Shown: positions 23,662 to 36,215 of the stretch, piece by piece | Position numbering within the stretch: the stretch's first letter is position 1 | Layout: the number at the start of each line of letters is the position of its first letter | Assembly: GCF_041260155.1 (NCBI RefSeq) | Contig: NC_091937.1 | Location: forward strand, 6,704,626 to 6,768,625 | Reading direction: 5' to 3' | Length of the DNA: 64,000 bases | From: Ptychodera flava | Lineage: Eukaryota | Notes under the pieces: generated by a model | What the model was told of the DNA's origin: nothing | Database searches by the model: none | The model's input: only the letters and a program-made list of their open reading frames with translations | Made by a program: the position numbers and the translations under genes

Positions 23662-25727
23662 GAAGTGGAAGACAAGAGTGCATCAAGATTGCAGACACAG
23701 AGTCAAAGTTACCGTGGAATAGTCAGAGGAAGTAGCTTTGGAGATATTGCTGCATCAGAGTCACAGAAACAACAAAAGCCATTCACATTTGTGCAAGAGA
23801 AGGCAACAGTTGCCGACAGTGGCGTACCAACACACCGTATCCTCAAGGACGCTTCAAAAGCTGTGGAAGCTGATTTGTCAACAACTGATTCAAAACAAAG
23901 TTTTGGCTTTGCTTCATCAGTACAGCCAACAACAAAGTTTGGAGGAACAGTTGGTTTTGGTGCTTCATCAGTGCAAACAACAGTAAAGCTTGGAGGACCT
24001 GGTGGCTCTGCTGCAGCGGAAAAACCCACAGCAATGTTTGGAGGAACCGATGGCTTTGGTACTGCTGCTGCAGCTACTGCAGCTGCTAAAGCGCAACCCA
24101 CAGCAATGTTTGGAGGAACCGATGGCTTTGGTACTGCTGCTGCAGCTACTGCAGCTGCTAAAGCGCAACCCGCAGCAATGTTTGGAGGAACTGGTGGCTT
24201 TGGTACTGCTACTGCAGCTACTATCGCGCAACCTGCAGCAATGTTTGGCGGAATGGGTGGTTTTAGTACTGCTACTGCAGCTACTACAGGGCAACCCACA
24301 GCAATGTTTGGAGGAACTGGTGGCTTTGGTACTGCTACCGCAGCTATGACAGCGCAACCCGCAGCAATGTTTGGAGGAACTGGTGGCTTTGGTACTGCTA
24401 CTGCAGCTACTACAGCGCAACCCACAGCAATGTTTGGAGGAACTGGTGGCTTTGGTACTGCTACTGCAGCTACTACAGCGCAACCCACAGCAATGTTTGG
24501 AGGAACTGGTGGCTTTGGTACTGCTACTGCAGCTACTACAGCGCAACCCACAGCAATGTTTGGAGGAACTGGTGGCTTTGGTACTGCTACTGCAGGTACT
24601 ACAGTGCAATCCACAGCAATGTTTGGAGGAACTGGTAGCTTTGGTACTGCTACTGCAGGGCAACAAGCAGCAATGTTTGGCGGAATGGGTGGTTTTAGTA
24701 CTGCTCCTGCAGGGCAACAGACAGCAACATTTGGAGGAACTGGTGGTTTTGGTACTGCTACTGCAGCTACCACAGACCAACCCACAGCAAAATTTGGAGG
24801 AACTGCAGGCTCTGCTGTTTCAGTGCAACCAACATTTAGTTTTTTAGGAACTAGTATGCTTAACAGATTCAAGTCAACTCCGCAACCTGGGGGCGTTATC
24901 GCAAGTACGCAAGACCAGGCTGATGGTTTTATTAGAAGTTTATTTGACACTTCACAAGAAGAAAAATCTTCACCAAAATATGGTTTTTTTGGCTCTCAAC
25001 AAGTCAAAGCAAGTTCATCAGATCAGAAACCATACCTATCTGGCCAATCTAAAGACTTGGAAATTTCATCTGCAGACACATCTGGGTTATTTGACTCTCC
25101 ATTAGTTGAAGCCATCTCATCTGCTCATCAATGGCAAGGAAAAGGTGGAAGCGCTCCCAGTCAAGATAGTTTTATGCTTCTTCCAGGTTTCAATTACTCA
25201 ACTGCAGAGCCTGGTAAAAAAGTGGCTGGATTGAGCTCTGATTCAACTGGTCAAGACATGGGTTGGAGTTACACCAGTTCTAGCATGAACAGGACGAAAA
25301 GGTGACAGGGTCGACATTTAGTTCACAGAGTCAAGAATCAAAGAGAAAAGAAACTGATTCAGGTGTCTTTGGATCAAGTCAAGACCAAAGTGGGACAGGG
25401 TCGACATTTAGTTTTGGTTCACAGAGTCAAGAATCAAAGAGAATAGAACCTGATTCTGGTTTCTTTTTCTCAAGTCAATATCAAAGTGTGAGCTCTTCAT
25501 ATGGTTTAGGTTCATCAACTCAGAGCATGACAGAATACAAACTTGAGCAAGAAGTCCCTAAATATGAAGACAAATCTAGCACACTTTCAATGCAAGATGT
25601 GCTTTGCTATGATGTGAGACTTGATGAAGCACTGGACATTGAAGACTCAAAGCAAAATGAGAGACACATTAGAGAAACCTTGACACCACCACCATGTAGT
25701 GTATCGCCTATAACACTTCCTACAATG
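23662..25727 (+). CDS. FG-repeat exon. It has ~14 tandem 21-aa units (TAMFGGTGGFGTATAATTAQP), then an S/T-rich tail with GSTFSFGSQSQESKR repeats. A +1 frame break near 25284-25305 separates frame 1 (stop at 25303-25305) from frame 2.
   Basis: Acceptor cctggacag| in phase 0, continuous with the 19827 donor, and donor ATG|gtatgt at 25728 in phase 0 relative to frame 2. The exon length is not a multiple of 3, so the exon as it stands carries a +1 frameshift (or an unseen intron). Confidence 0.55.
23990..24800 (+). repeat. Coding 63-bp tandem repeat (~13 units, very homogeneous) that encodes the FG repeats
   Basis: ggaggaactggtggctttggtactgctactgcagctactacagcgcaacccacagcaatgttt repeats nearly exactly. 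Confidence 0.9.
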
Positions 25728-27203
25728 GTATGTGGATTACTTCTAAATCACTAGATGATCACAAACTCCTAAACGTCTGCCATTCTGTATTACTGTGGGT
25801 TTTTTCAAATCTTTTTCCACAAGATGTGTATCATAACTGTGTGAAGGGTATGAGAGCAAAATTTACTCGGTCCCATAATGTTACTGTGGTTTATTGATAA
25901 CAACATTAATTAATGGTAATAGATTCTGCGGAAAATAGAGTTAGTCTTTTGTTCCTACAAGTTGCATTATATAGAAAAATATTCCAAAGTTTTGAAAAAT
26001 ATTGTAAAATGTTCCAGTTGAATCAATGATAGAGATAAATTCCTTAATTGGCACAAGTGACTGGTGATTAAAAGATGATACAATGCTGGCAAATGGTCAC
26101 TACAGGAAATGCCTTTTACTGATTGATACATACACCACTGGGTTGAGAAGGGCATGACACTAAGCATGGCTTTACGTAATTTTTTTCTATCGTATGCAAG
26201 ATATTGTGTCAGAACAAATTAATTGCATAGTGCAAGCAAAAGACATAAAATAGTTGCATTATTGGTTTGATAAGGAACATGCTTTAGAACTAATTTTCAG
26301 TTAGTACAGATGTGTCTTTTAAAATGGAATTTGAGTTTGTTTTGTGTAAGTTTTTGGCTAATGTTTGAGTAGCTTGCTCATATAATGGATTGTGTGGATG
26401 GATTATGTCCAAAATTTCAATAATAAAACAGCAGGTACTGAATAAGTTTGTTAAAATGGGAAGCTAGTGAAGAGAGTGAGGGCGTGAGTTCTGTGCTCAA
26501 CAAATTTGCTACCATAAGTTTTGAATATCAAATCTAACAATATATATTATGTAATCCAACAAGGGACAGTTTGCCCAATGTCAGTAGGGCAAATGGTCTC
26601 CTGCCTAGAAGGTCCATACTCCCTTGTAAGGGCTATAATAGTTTATTACATGCCTCTTTTATATAGTTTTCCCTCCAATTGTTTGGTATGGAGGAAAGTG
26701 TTATGCTTTATTTCCTGTTAAAAATAGAGCATTTTCCATCATTGACCAGAGCCTTGATGTATTTAAATCATTGTTATGCAAAAGTGTGAATGACTGAAAA
26801 CCATTTGTTTTATGTGAAACGTGTAATTTGATAACTTAAAATATCAAAGTTGACAAGTTTGAAATAGTTCCTTTTCACTTTTAGTCTAATGATGACTATG
26901 GGACCGGCTACATCATCAACAAGATACCATTGAATCCTCTTGGGTGTATGACATTCAATATATGAGGCACATAATAATGTGCATTGCTTGTTTTAATTCC
27001 ATAGCAACAATAAAATTCCAATTTTTGCAAAAGCAAGAAATATCAGAGTGTGCTTCCAGTAGTATGAGGATTTTCATTTAATTTTCAAAATCACTGCACA
27101 TAGTCACAAATGTGCAAGACTTTGACATCAAAAAATATGCATTCATATTACGTGCTTGTCACATCTAATATTTGACTGCTTTGGTCGCTCTCTACCTGTA
27201 TAG

Positions 27204-27591
27204 AAAAAGAAGAAAAAGAAGGGTTATGGTGTTGCATATATGGCTGCAGATTTTACAACAGATCAGAAGGCAGAAGAAGAAAAAAAGAAGCCACAAGTTG
27301 TTCCTTGTGTTGTTACCTCTCCAGTTAGCTGGCGTAAAGAACCGGAAATCAAAATTGATCGAATTGAAGGAGGAAAAGACGTTAAAATGAGACGTTCGTG
27401 GGGTGCTCAAGATGAGGAAGTCCTCGGTGATGATTGGGATGATGTAGATGGAGACTTTTGGTCACCTTCTACCACAGAAGATAAAGACATCACTGAACCC
27501 TTATTAGATATCAGCCCTGCAGAGCTAGATGTTGAATATTGGCTGAGTGAAGACTATGATAAGGCAACTGTATATGACCTACCTCCACAAG
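27204..27591 (+). CDS. Exon encoding a basic then acidic segment (KKKKKGYGVAYMAADFTTDQKAEEEKKKPQVV...WRKEPEIKIDRIEGGKDVKMRRSWGAQDEEVLGDDWDDVDGDFWSPSTTEDKD...)
   Basis: Acceptor cctgtatag| in phase 0, matching the 25727 donor. Donor CAAG|gtattg ends in phase 1. Confidence 0.65.
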
Positions 27592-28125
27592 GTATTGTTA
27601 TGATCATAACAACATATTTCACTTGCTAATGATTGCCTTTTATTTTGACTGTTCTGTTATCTTCATAGTCATTTGTGAATAACATTAAATAGAAAGACAA
27701 TGTAGGGTAATTTGACCAAGCAACATACATATAACACTCTATACTAGCAAATGCAAAGCTGTATCATTAGAAAGTTTTTGTTGGGAGTTCCCCAGACAGA
27801 TATCCAGTAACCATCCCGTCCTGAAAATCAATACCAGTAATATGCATTTATTTTTAATTTTTGAACCTGGCTTGTTTCGCAATCTTTGATGTGGAAGGTT
27901 TCAATAGAATGACAATTAACAGTTTAACTTTTTGTACAATTCTGTAAATTTGCAAGCAAATAGTGTGAGTTTAAACCTATGTATCTATACTTTAGTAGAT
28001 TTCACCTTGATTTTTGAAAGATCAGAAAACAAAATTTGAATAAGTCTGTGTTATTTGTGATTCCTTTTGATGGGGTTTGTAAAATTTCAAAGTGACTTTT
28101 GTTTTCACATTTTGTTCTGAAATAG

Positions 28126-28244
28126 AAGACTTGATTTATGGGACAGGAGACAGGCTTGGAGATTTACAGCACAAGGAAACAGTTCCCACTACTCTACCCA
28201 ATATCACAAGGCCTGAATTCAGATCAAAGGAAGAAGACAAACCA
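28126..28244 (+). CDS. Exon (E)DLIYGTGDRLGDLQHKETVPTTLPNITRPEFRSKEEDKP
   Basis: Acceptor ctgaaatag|, donor CCA|GTAAGT. Phase 1 in, phase 0 out, consistent with both neighbours. Confidence 0.7.
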
Positions 28245-29157
28245 GTAAGTCAAGTTTGCCAAGTTTGAGTCAGACAAGCAATACATACCCTTCATCTTAC
28301 TCAGCAAGCTTGATTTCATGACTTTTAACATTTTTTGTCACAAAACTTTTTATCAAACATATGGTGAATATTTAGAAAATGGACAAAAAGAAATTGTGTT
28401 TTGTAACTGACAAAATTATTTGAAAAGATACAGGAATGTTGAATTATTCTATTTGAAGTACTTTAAAATGACAAGGTAGTAAACACTTGGACAAGATAAT
28501 ATTGATTAACCACTTTATTTAATGATTGGATTTGATAGATTTGATGAATTAGATTAGTTTGATTGAGCTGATAAATTGACATTTGTCTTTGTGTGACTTG
28601 TATTAGATTGCCGTGAACAAGCAAATTGCAATTTACTGTCATGTCAGATTTGAATGTATGTAGGAACCATAGAGTTATATTTATGAATAATTAAGTGACA
28701 GTAGTTGATCCTTTTTGTTGCTTTTACAGGACCAGGTAGCTCTAACTTTTAATAATTTTTACACTATTTCTTATTTGAATGTCAAGGAGTAACAGTTTCT
28801 TGTTCAAGTCCTGTAAGCTTGTTGAGATACATAGTATAAAGCTTGTCAACTTAGCCTGTAGTGTTCATTTGTAAAATCAAAACAATCATGAATTTTTACT
28901 CATTTATATTGACACCTCTGACAGGTATGCATTGTTTATGAGCTGTTGTCTCTGCTCAAATATCCTATGAGCTTTGTGTCAGCAAAGTCCTGCATTGTGC
29001 TTTGATTGGTTTTAAAGTATATCATACTTTTCCAAATTGACATAAACATATGCATGTGGGCCTCCTTAACAGCTGCTCTACGTAGTAATGATAAAATTAG
29101 TTTTTGTAATGTTGTGTGCTTTATTAACAATGTACATCTTGTCTTATTTCTTGACAG

Positions 29158-29205
29158 GACCCATCTATGTTTGAATTAATGACTGAAATTATGAGCTTTG
29201 AAGGG
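29158..29205 (+). CDS. 48-nt exon DPSMFELMTEIMSFEG
   Basis: Acceptor ttcttgacag|, donor GGG|gtaaga. Phase 0-0. Confidence 0.65.
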
Positions 29206-30060
29206 GTAAGAATATACACTGAAATTTTGCAGCTTAAAACATTTTGCTGTGATTTTTTTGATGGTCTTTTTGTGTGTGTGCTTTTGACATGTTTGATATC
29301 TTTTCTACATATCTTGCCTTGTTCATATGACCTACCTGTGGTCAAGTTGTCTGTCTGTTCTGTAACACTGTTCTGTCTACTCCTGTTGCACTGAGTGTTT
29401 GACATCTTACATTGGCATTATAGAATGTTTAGTGACTGATTTTATGCTAGGGAATATCTTCCCTGGGTCATCACCATTTCACAAGCACACTCAAATAATA
29501 TTCATCATTAAAAAGGCCATTATCTGAGACTTTTTATAGTTTTCCACTATTTTTGTTTTTGATGTTAACCATAGTTTCTTGTCTACAGCTTGTCAACTCA
29601 ACTTGTACATGTGTAAATTGTCATTGTTGACAAATAAATTCTGGTCCGCACTAGAATTCAAACATCAAAATAACATCACATTCTACACACAAAGTCGCTG
29701 TGTTTGCAAGCTATGGTGTAGTGATTTTACATGCCTTACAGAGTAGAACAAGATTTGCAGTGGACATACAGAGTAAAAAATCTTCAAAATTTACAGCTAT
29801 TGGCCTTGTAACACATCCTATGGTAATGAATATATGAATTTTTTAAAAAAAATCAAGTATCTAGAATTACAAAATAGTATTTGGATTGATTGTCAACTTT
29901 GTGGAAGATTTGTCTATGACTGAACAATTTATCGACTTTAAGTAAAGTTTATTGTTATTATCATAATAATTATTATTAGCATCTGATACCTCTGTGATTG
30001 CATTATGATGATGAAGATGATGATGGTGAAATGATATATTTTCATTTTTATTCTAAATAG

Positions 30061-30178
30061 GATATACCCGTATTGGATTGCTTTGAGAATCGATACGCTG
30101 ACAGAATTGACAAGATGTTTGGAATCAATAGTCGTCTGATTAAAAAAGTATTAGAAGATGCTGGTGTGAAATCACTGG
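30061..30178 (+). CDS. Exon DIPVLDCFENRYADRIDKMFGINSRLIKKVLEDAGVKSL + 1 nt
   Basis: Acceptor ttctaaatag|, donor CTGG|gtgaga. It ends in phase 1, and the G joins GA of the next exon to give Gly. Confidence 0.7.
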
Positions 30179-30711
30179 GTGAGATGTGAAGTCTATTCTT
30201 AATTTTCACTTGTACATTGGGATTATGAAATTAAATTTCAAAAGAGCTGTTGATAAAAATACTTCTGCAGGTTAAATACAATATGCATCTTTCGCAACAA
30301 TTTAAACAAACCTAAGTCACCCGTACTATTACCTGTATGCCAAAAATTCAAAACAATTGGACAAGCAGTTGCAGAGAAAATTTTTTTGAACAAAAAGGAA
30401 AAATTGCCTCCAAAAATACAATTATGCAAATTTTACTACAATTTGAACAAACTTGACTCAAGTCGCCCCTAGCAACCTGCACAACCATTCAAACCCATCA
30501 GAAAAGTGGTTACAGAGCAGTGGCTTCAAATGCAAAAAGCTGACAGAAGGACAACACACAAGATGACGACAGACTATCATTAATATTGATAAGCTCAGCT
30601 CCGTCTAAAAAGTGGTATTTATTAATGCTGAAATTATATACTTAATCATTGTTTGAACTGACAGTGGCAATTTTGAAATTTCTTAAAAAAATGTTTCATT
30701 TTTCTCTTTAG

Positions 30712-30968
30712 GATTGAAAGCATACAATGACATATTTACTTTCCTGATGGTCATAGTGCTGCTTTCAATTTTGAAAAAACAACATCCCAAGTGGTTCACA
30801 GGAAGTCTGGCACCATCACCAAATGTGCCTAATGAGTGGTCGGATGATTTAGAGATATTGAATGTCATGATAATGAACTGGAAAAATGCCTACCCATCCA
30901 TGTATTATCAGTTAGAGCTAGGTTCCAGCTGGGAAGATGTCACTGATCAACTTCTAGGAATCAAGTAA
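30712..30968 (+). CDS. Terminal coding exon (G)LKAYNDIFTFLMVIVLLSILKKQHPKWFTGSLAPSPNVPNEWSDDLEILNVMIMNWKNAYPSMYYQLELGSSWEDVTDQLLGIK*. Stop TAA at 30966-30968.
   Basis: Acceptor tctctttag| with exact phase continuity from 30178. In-frame TAA and no GT donor at the end. Confidence 0.65.
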
Positions 30969-31672
30969 GATGACTCCATGAGATAATCTCTTTTGATTGT
31001 ATCACTCCACCATACTTATTGCCACAGACAATGAACATGTTATTGCCATAGACCAATTTCCAGATCTCACAATGGTGCCATTTAAAACTTAGACACAGTC
31101 CTTTCCTACCATGAAAGAATGATCCCTCAACTATCAGTAGTACATGTGGGAATCATGAATGTTGTTATTAAGGGCCTCTGGTTTATTTTGTATATTAAGC
31201 AATAATGTACCCCCTCCCTGCCCATAATGGATGAAAGCAAACTTTGCACAATATAATAATATACAAAGCGAAGCTGAGTACATTATGGAGTGGAAAGATT
31301 GTGCGAGTGCATTGTGGGACGAGAAGGGGTACATTATTGCTATTATTTTATAATTTTGGCAATGCTAGTGAATTTGCAGATGTAGAAACATCTTGGGCCA
31401 CAATGCTGGGTAATCAGATAAATTATCAGTAATAATCTGAGAGGGATGACGTCGCAAAATTCATTGGTATTACCAAAGCTGTAATGTAATGACACATATT
31501 GGCCCTCTGTCAACTTGAACTTGCAATGTTCAACCTCTAAACCAGTTGTGCTGAAAGTATTTTTCATAGGGAGCATCCCCTGTCCATGAAACATGGCAAA
31601 TTAATGATGTTTCAAATATATAGTTCTTATTATGTATATGACAGTAATTCACATATTAGTTACTCAAATAAA
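30969..31672 (+). other. Putative 3'UTR, if the AATAAA near 31666-31671 is the poly(A) signal used
   Basis: First canonical AATAAA downstream of the stop that I could find. The transcript end is not otherwise supported. Confidence 0.15.
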
Positions 31673-34600
31673 TATTTTTGTACTTCTCCATATACATTAA
31701 AATGAGCATTGGCATGTTGTTGAGCATTTGTGGTATTTGCCTATAACACTTTTGTTGAGTAACTTTACTGTATGTTTGTGTAAGAATTTTATCCCAACCA
31801 TGCTACAATGAAAATCTATGGTAATACATCTGTTGATGATAATTCTCACATTTTTGACAGATAAGAAGACTCTCCAATCAAAGCAGGTGTATATGTTCAG
31901 AAAACTGGAACGACAACGTGAAATACTGTATATCCAAGACAAGTTCAGTGTAGCTTTTATTGTGTTAAATCATCACGACAAGAAACAGTTTATATTGTAC
32001 AGTCTACATGAAAGAGAGAAAAACACTGAATCGAAATGTCTAGATAGCAGTTAGCCAACATCAAGTGAAATATACTTGTAGAGAAATTACTGTAAGAAAG
32101 GCAATGTATAATTATGTATATAAATAATCGGAAATCAAAATTTACATAGATAATACTTCTTAAAATTACTTTTTATAAACACCGGTATGCTAGGACACAG
32201 TAAAAAGTAATTTCAGTGTTTAGTTTATATGTTGGCATAGCCAACAATGTGCACTTTCATAGTGGGTTGTCTCATCTGTGTTTATATTTTATGTATGTTA
32301 CTGAAAGTTTCACTCTTTCAAGAGTTTCTGTTAAAATTTATGTTACTTTGTATTGTGAATTCCCATGAAAGGATTTAAGTTTGGTTTGCCTTTGAATGCT
32401 GTAGCTTGCATTGGAAAGAGTAATTTGGATAATCAGCAATTTGGACTTAAATCAAGCAGCTCAAGAAGTACCGTATACTCAAGGCAATATTGTGTGACTT
32501 TGGAATTTTTTAATGATTATATGGTAACATTTGCTATGTTTACACTCAGGCCTAGGGACACCTCTTGGTCTGGTGCAAGGTTGTGATAAGACAAGAAAAA
32601 TTTTGATATGTGTTCACAAAGTATTTGAATTTCCCTACTATCAGTCACTTGTTGACCTTTGAACTCAGTATAGTCAAAATGGCCAGCATGGGTAACAGAA
32701 ACCTGTTCACCCTTTCCTTGTTTTTCATGCATTTATTTTTGCTCAAGAGGAATGAATATGGCTTTCCAGCTAGGCTTACGTGAAGTAGATACCTGTACTA
32801 ATTACTTTCAAATTGTACACAGCTCTATCCTGATTGGACATTCTGCCAATGTGGTTTTTTCACAACGTCATCAATTTTGAATGAAAATGAATGCTGTCAT
32901 TTTCTTGTTTGACCAAAGTTTGCTTTGGGTTGCGATGATTTACAATATGACACACTGAGGCTCATAGCAAGACCTCACTCAAGGCCATCTACGAAGGCTT
33001 CAACTTGACCCATGGCTGACATAAACTATTCACATAATTAGAGGCTGGTCACAAAGTTTAGATGACTTTGAACCACCTCTCATACCCAACATGCAATAGG
33101 CTAACACAGGGCCAACATAGCATGTTCACATTGGGCTTTTAAACTAGAGTTGACTCAGAGGTGACCTAAACTCTGTAGTGTGAACATAGTAAACTGTGGT
33201 TAAGGTTTGGTGTGAATTATATCTTGATTATTAAAGTCATTTACATATAATTAGGCTAAATATCAAAGTTGATTTCTGTGGACTGAAGAGATACATCATC
33301 ATTGTTAAGTTTGATGGTTTGGATAAATTTAATGAGCATAGCATATTATCTGTGTACTCCTTTCCATATTTAGTAAATTTTTGTAATTAGACCCTTTATC
33401 AATACTAAATACATATAGTTGGATTTTATGAGTCTGAGATCTGACTTGAGTGTTGTTATTGAGGAGTCATTTGCATTCTGGAAATTATTCACAACTTGAG
33501 GACACATTTTGTGGAAATAACTGATCTGATTTGTTGTTCACTGCAATCCGGTGGAAAGAACAAATTAATTCTAAATGACTCAAAAGATTGCTTACAAGAT
33601 GGTGTGAATTTGTTTCTTTTGTCTATCAAGTTGTATCATGCTAAAAGATTTTGATAACAGTTACTTACCGGTGAAATTGCTAAAAATTTACATTATCTAA
33701 TTAATAATTGTAATAACATAGGGCCACAGTTATGCAAGTTATCACCTTTTCACATTTTGGTCACTGGAATATTACTTTGTTATTGTGTTGCTTTTTATAA
33801 ATTCATGTACCAGTATTTTGAGTTTTTACTATACTGTGTCTCTGAATCTGCTTGAATAAAAGAAAATCATGGTAATATTCATGTGATCTCAATAGCTGCT
33901 GTGGTGTGTTTGTGTTCAAATGATGACTTTACAATTTTATTGATGAAACATCTGACCTGATGCATCATTGGTTTATGTGAGCAAAATAAGTGACAATGGA
34001 AATATACTGATCACAAGTGAAATGATAATGCTAAAGCAGAGAAAAAAGTAGAAGCTGCTGTTTCAATAGATTTTCAAACTCTGACTCAAATACTGCAAGG
34101 GTATCAACCAAAACAATAAATAATCTTCATTCTCTCTTGCAGTCCAATTAATTCTGGCTTTGACATTGACTATTTCTAGATGCAAAGCAGTGAAATAAAA
34201 TTACCCCATTTGTTGATCCAACGTCATATGTGTTCTCTTGGAGGATATATCTGGTGTTATTTGAGTTCTGGCAGTCAATTTGCATAGTGTCTGTTATTTC
34301 AAGGAGAGATTACTTTAAGGGGCCTGCAGTATATCCTTACGAGTTATGGTCATTGTGGAAATTTTACTGTTCATCTGCTTCAGTTACAAAAGGCCTATGC
34401 GTGGCGCCTATTTGTAATTTGTTGACATCAAAATAATTTGCAATTGTCTCTGATACTCTATAAATTGTAGCCACTAAAGCTGTTTGCTTTCCACCTGCAT
34501 GCTTTGATGTGGTATTTCTCCCGCTAAACACCCAACCGAGTCCAACTAATGTTTTTCTTTTGCTGTCTGCCTGTCAGAGACATGGCGCTTGTGAGATAGC

Positions 34601-36164
34601 ATGGTCGTTTCTCATCCTCTGCGAACTTTGTACTTCTCCAAAAACACACGTTTTGCTGAGAAAACTTGCAATCTGTATTTCATCACATAGAATGACAAAC
34701 TTTGATTTCTTCAAATGATAAAATATCACGTTAAATCTGATCCAACAATGTGAATGATATATACAAGGTAATTAACACCAAAAATTACCATATGACATTA
34801 ACACCAATATTTACAATTTCAGGAAGGACCATCTTGAACCACAAATAAATATCATAATATGTGGTGGTACCAGGTGTCTGGAAAGGGTAGGCATACCCTG
34901 CTAGCATACTACACCCATCAAAAATGGCTGAAAAGTGTCAAAATCAGTCCAGTGATGCTACAGAACCACTTTATTCAGGAATGCTGTCACGTATCATTTG
35001 TGTAACAGTTATGCGTATTTGGAAACTCTGTCTCCATATCTACCATAGGACTACTTAAATGATCTTTCAATTACTTGTTGCTGGTTTATCTTTGTTTTCT
35101 CTGATACTTCAGGTCTTACAAATCTTTGAAATTTGATTTGTAGGTCTGCCAAACTAATCAAGCAGACTACAGGCCTTTGACAATACCGGTACACTAATGC
35201 TCCTGCCCTTTTTTGCATAACAGAGATGAAGTCAATTTTTTTTGAAGTAATTTCATATCAATCAAGCAAATCACCAATCTCAAACATGACACTGATTTTG
35301 AGTTTAAAGCATCGCAAACTACTGGTTGTAAAATCCCATTGACAATATTTGGCAGCTGATTATGCAGTACAATCAATCAACAATCAGTCTAAAAGTATCC
35401 AAACCAGCCTTATTCATTTCTTCTCAACTGATAATATTTTGGAAATCACAGTTTAAGTGAGAGATAATTTCATACCCCTCAACTGATAATCACTGAGGTA
35501 AAGGAGAACGGGTCTGCCTTGAAACTTGTTGACAGGGGAGATATCTAGGGTATTGTCTAGTTAACTGATCAAGTTTTCTGAATACCATTCTTTCCAAATT
35601 GCGTGTCAAGAAAAGGGGACAATTCTACAGTTCCCACTGACAGCAGTATCGAGAATTTTGATCCTTTAATAGTACAAAATTCACCGTCTATGACACAATA
35701 GCACACTGCCCTTGAGTTTAATAGGGATGAGTACTGCCAAACTAAAAATTCTCGAACATGACGACAGTCCCTTGGTTGGGGAACTTGTCCATCAGAGTGT
35801 ATGTTCCCAGCAAACATGACCAATTTGGAATGACAGCCTTCATGTTAATGAGCCAAGAGTGTGAAAACACCATCGCTTACATCTTCACTGGGGAAAATTT
35901 CAACCCACCAGCCGACGATCAAGTGAAATGAGCTTGGCATTTCAAAATTGTTATAGGTTTGAAAACATCCAAGCCGCTACATTTTGTGTTTATATACAGA
36001 CTACATTGTACTGCTATACAAGTCAAATTCAAGTTTACAGTATTTGTGACACAGTTTCTGTAGGTATACACAGGCTGAATCAAAATGAATTGCCAGATGC
36101 AGGCTCTACTCTGATAAACAGAAGAATGAGGCCCTATCTGGGGAGGGCTGCATGCTGGCATTAA

Positions 36165-36215
36165 ATTGGAATCATCTTAATGGAGTCATACGACTCCATT
36201 AAGATGATTGCAGAT
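36165..36215. repeat. Perfect short palindrome (atcatcttaatggagtc atac gactccattaagatgat)
   Basis: Direct read. Confidence 0.85.

Noticed and set aside
23709-24950. Long antisense and alternative-frame ORFs over the FG-repeat and proline-rich exons (23709-24950 -, 23968-24780 -, 23990-24847 +, 18645-19034 -, 18854-19177 -, 19181-19432 -)
   Set aside because: Periodic low-complexity coding repeats keep all frames open. Only the plus-strand frame is supported by splice-phase continuity.
30961-30970. AAG|TAAG read as a splice donor that would extend the gene
   Set aside because: There is no GT. TAA at 30966-30968 is in frame, so it is treated as the stop codon.
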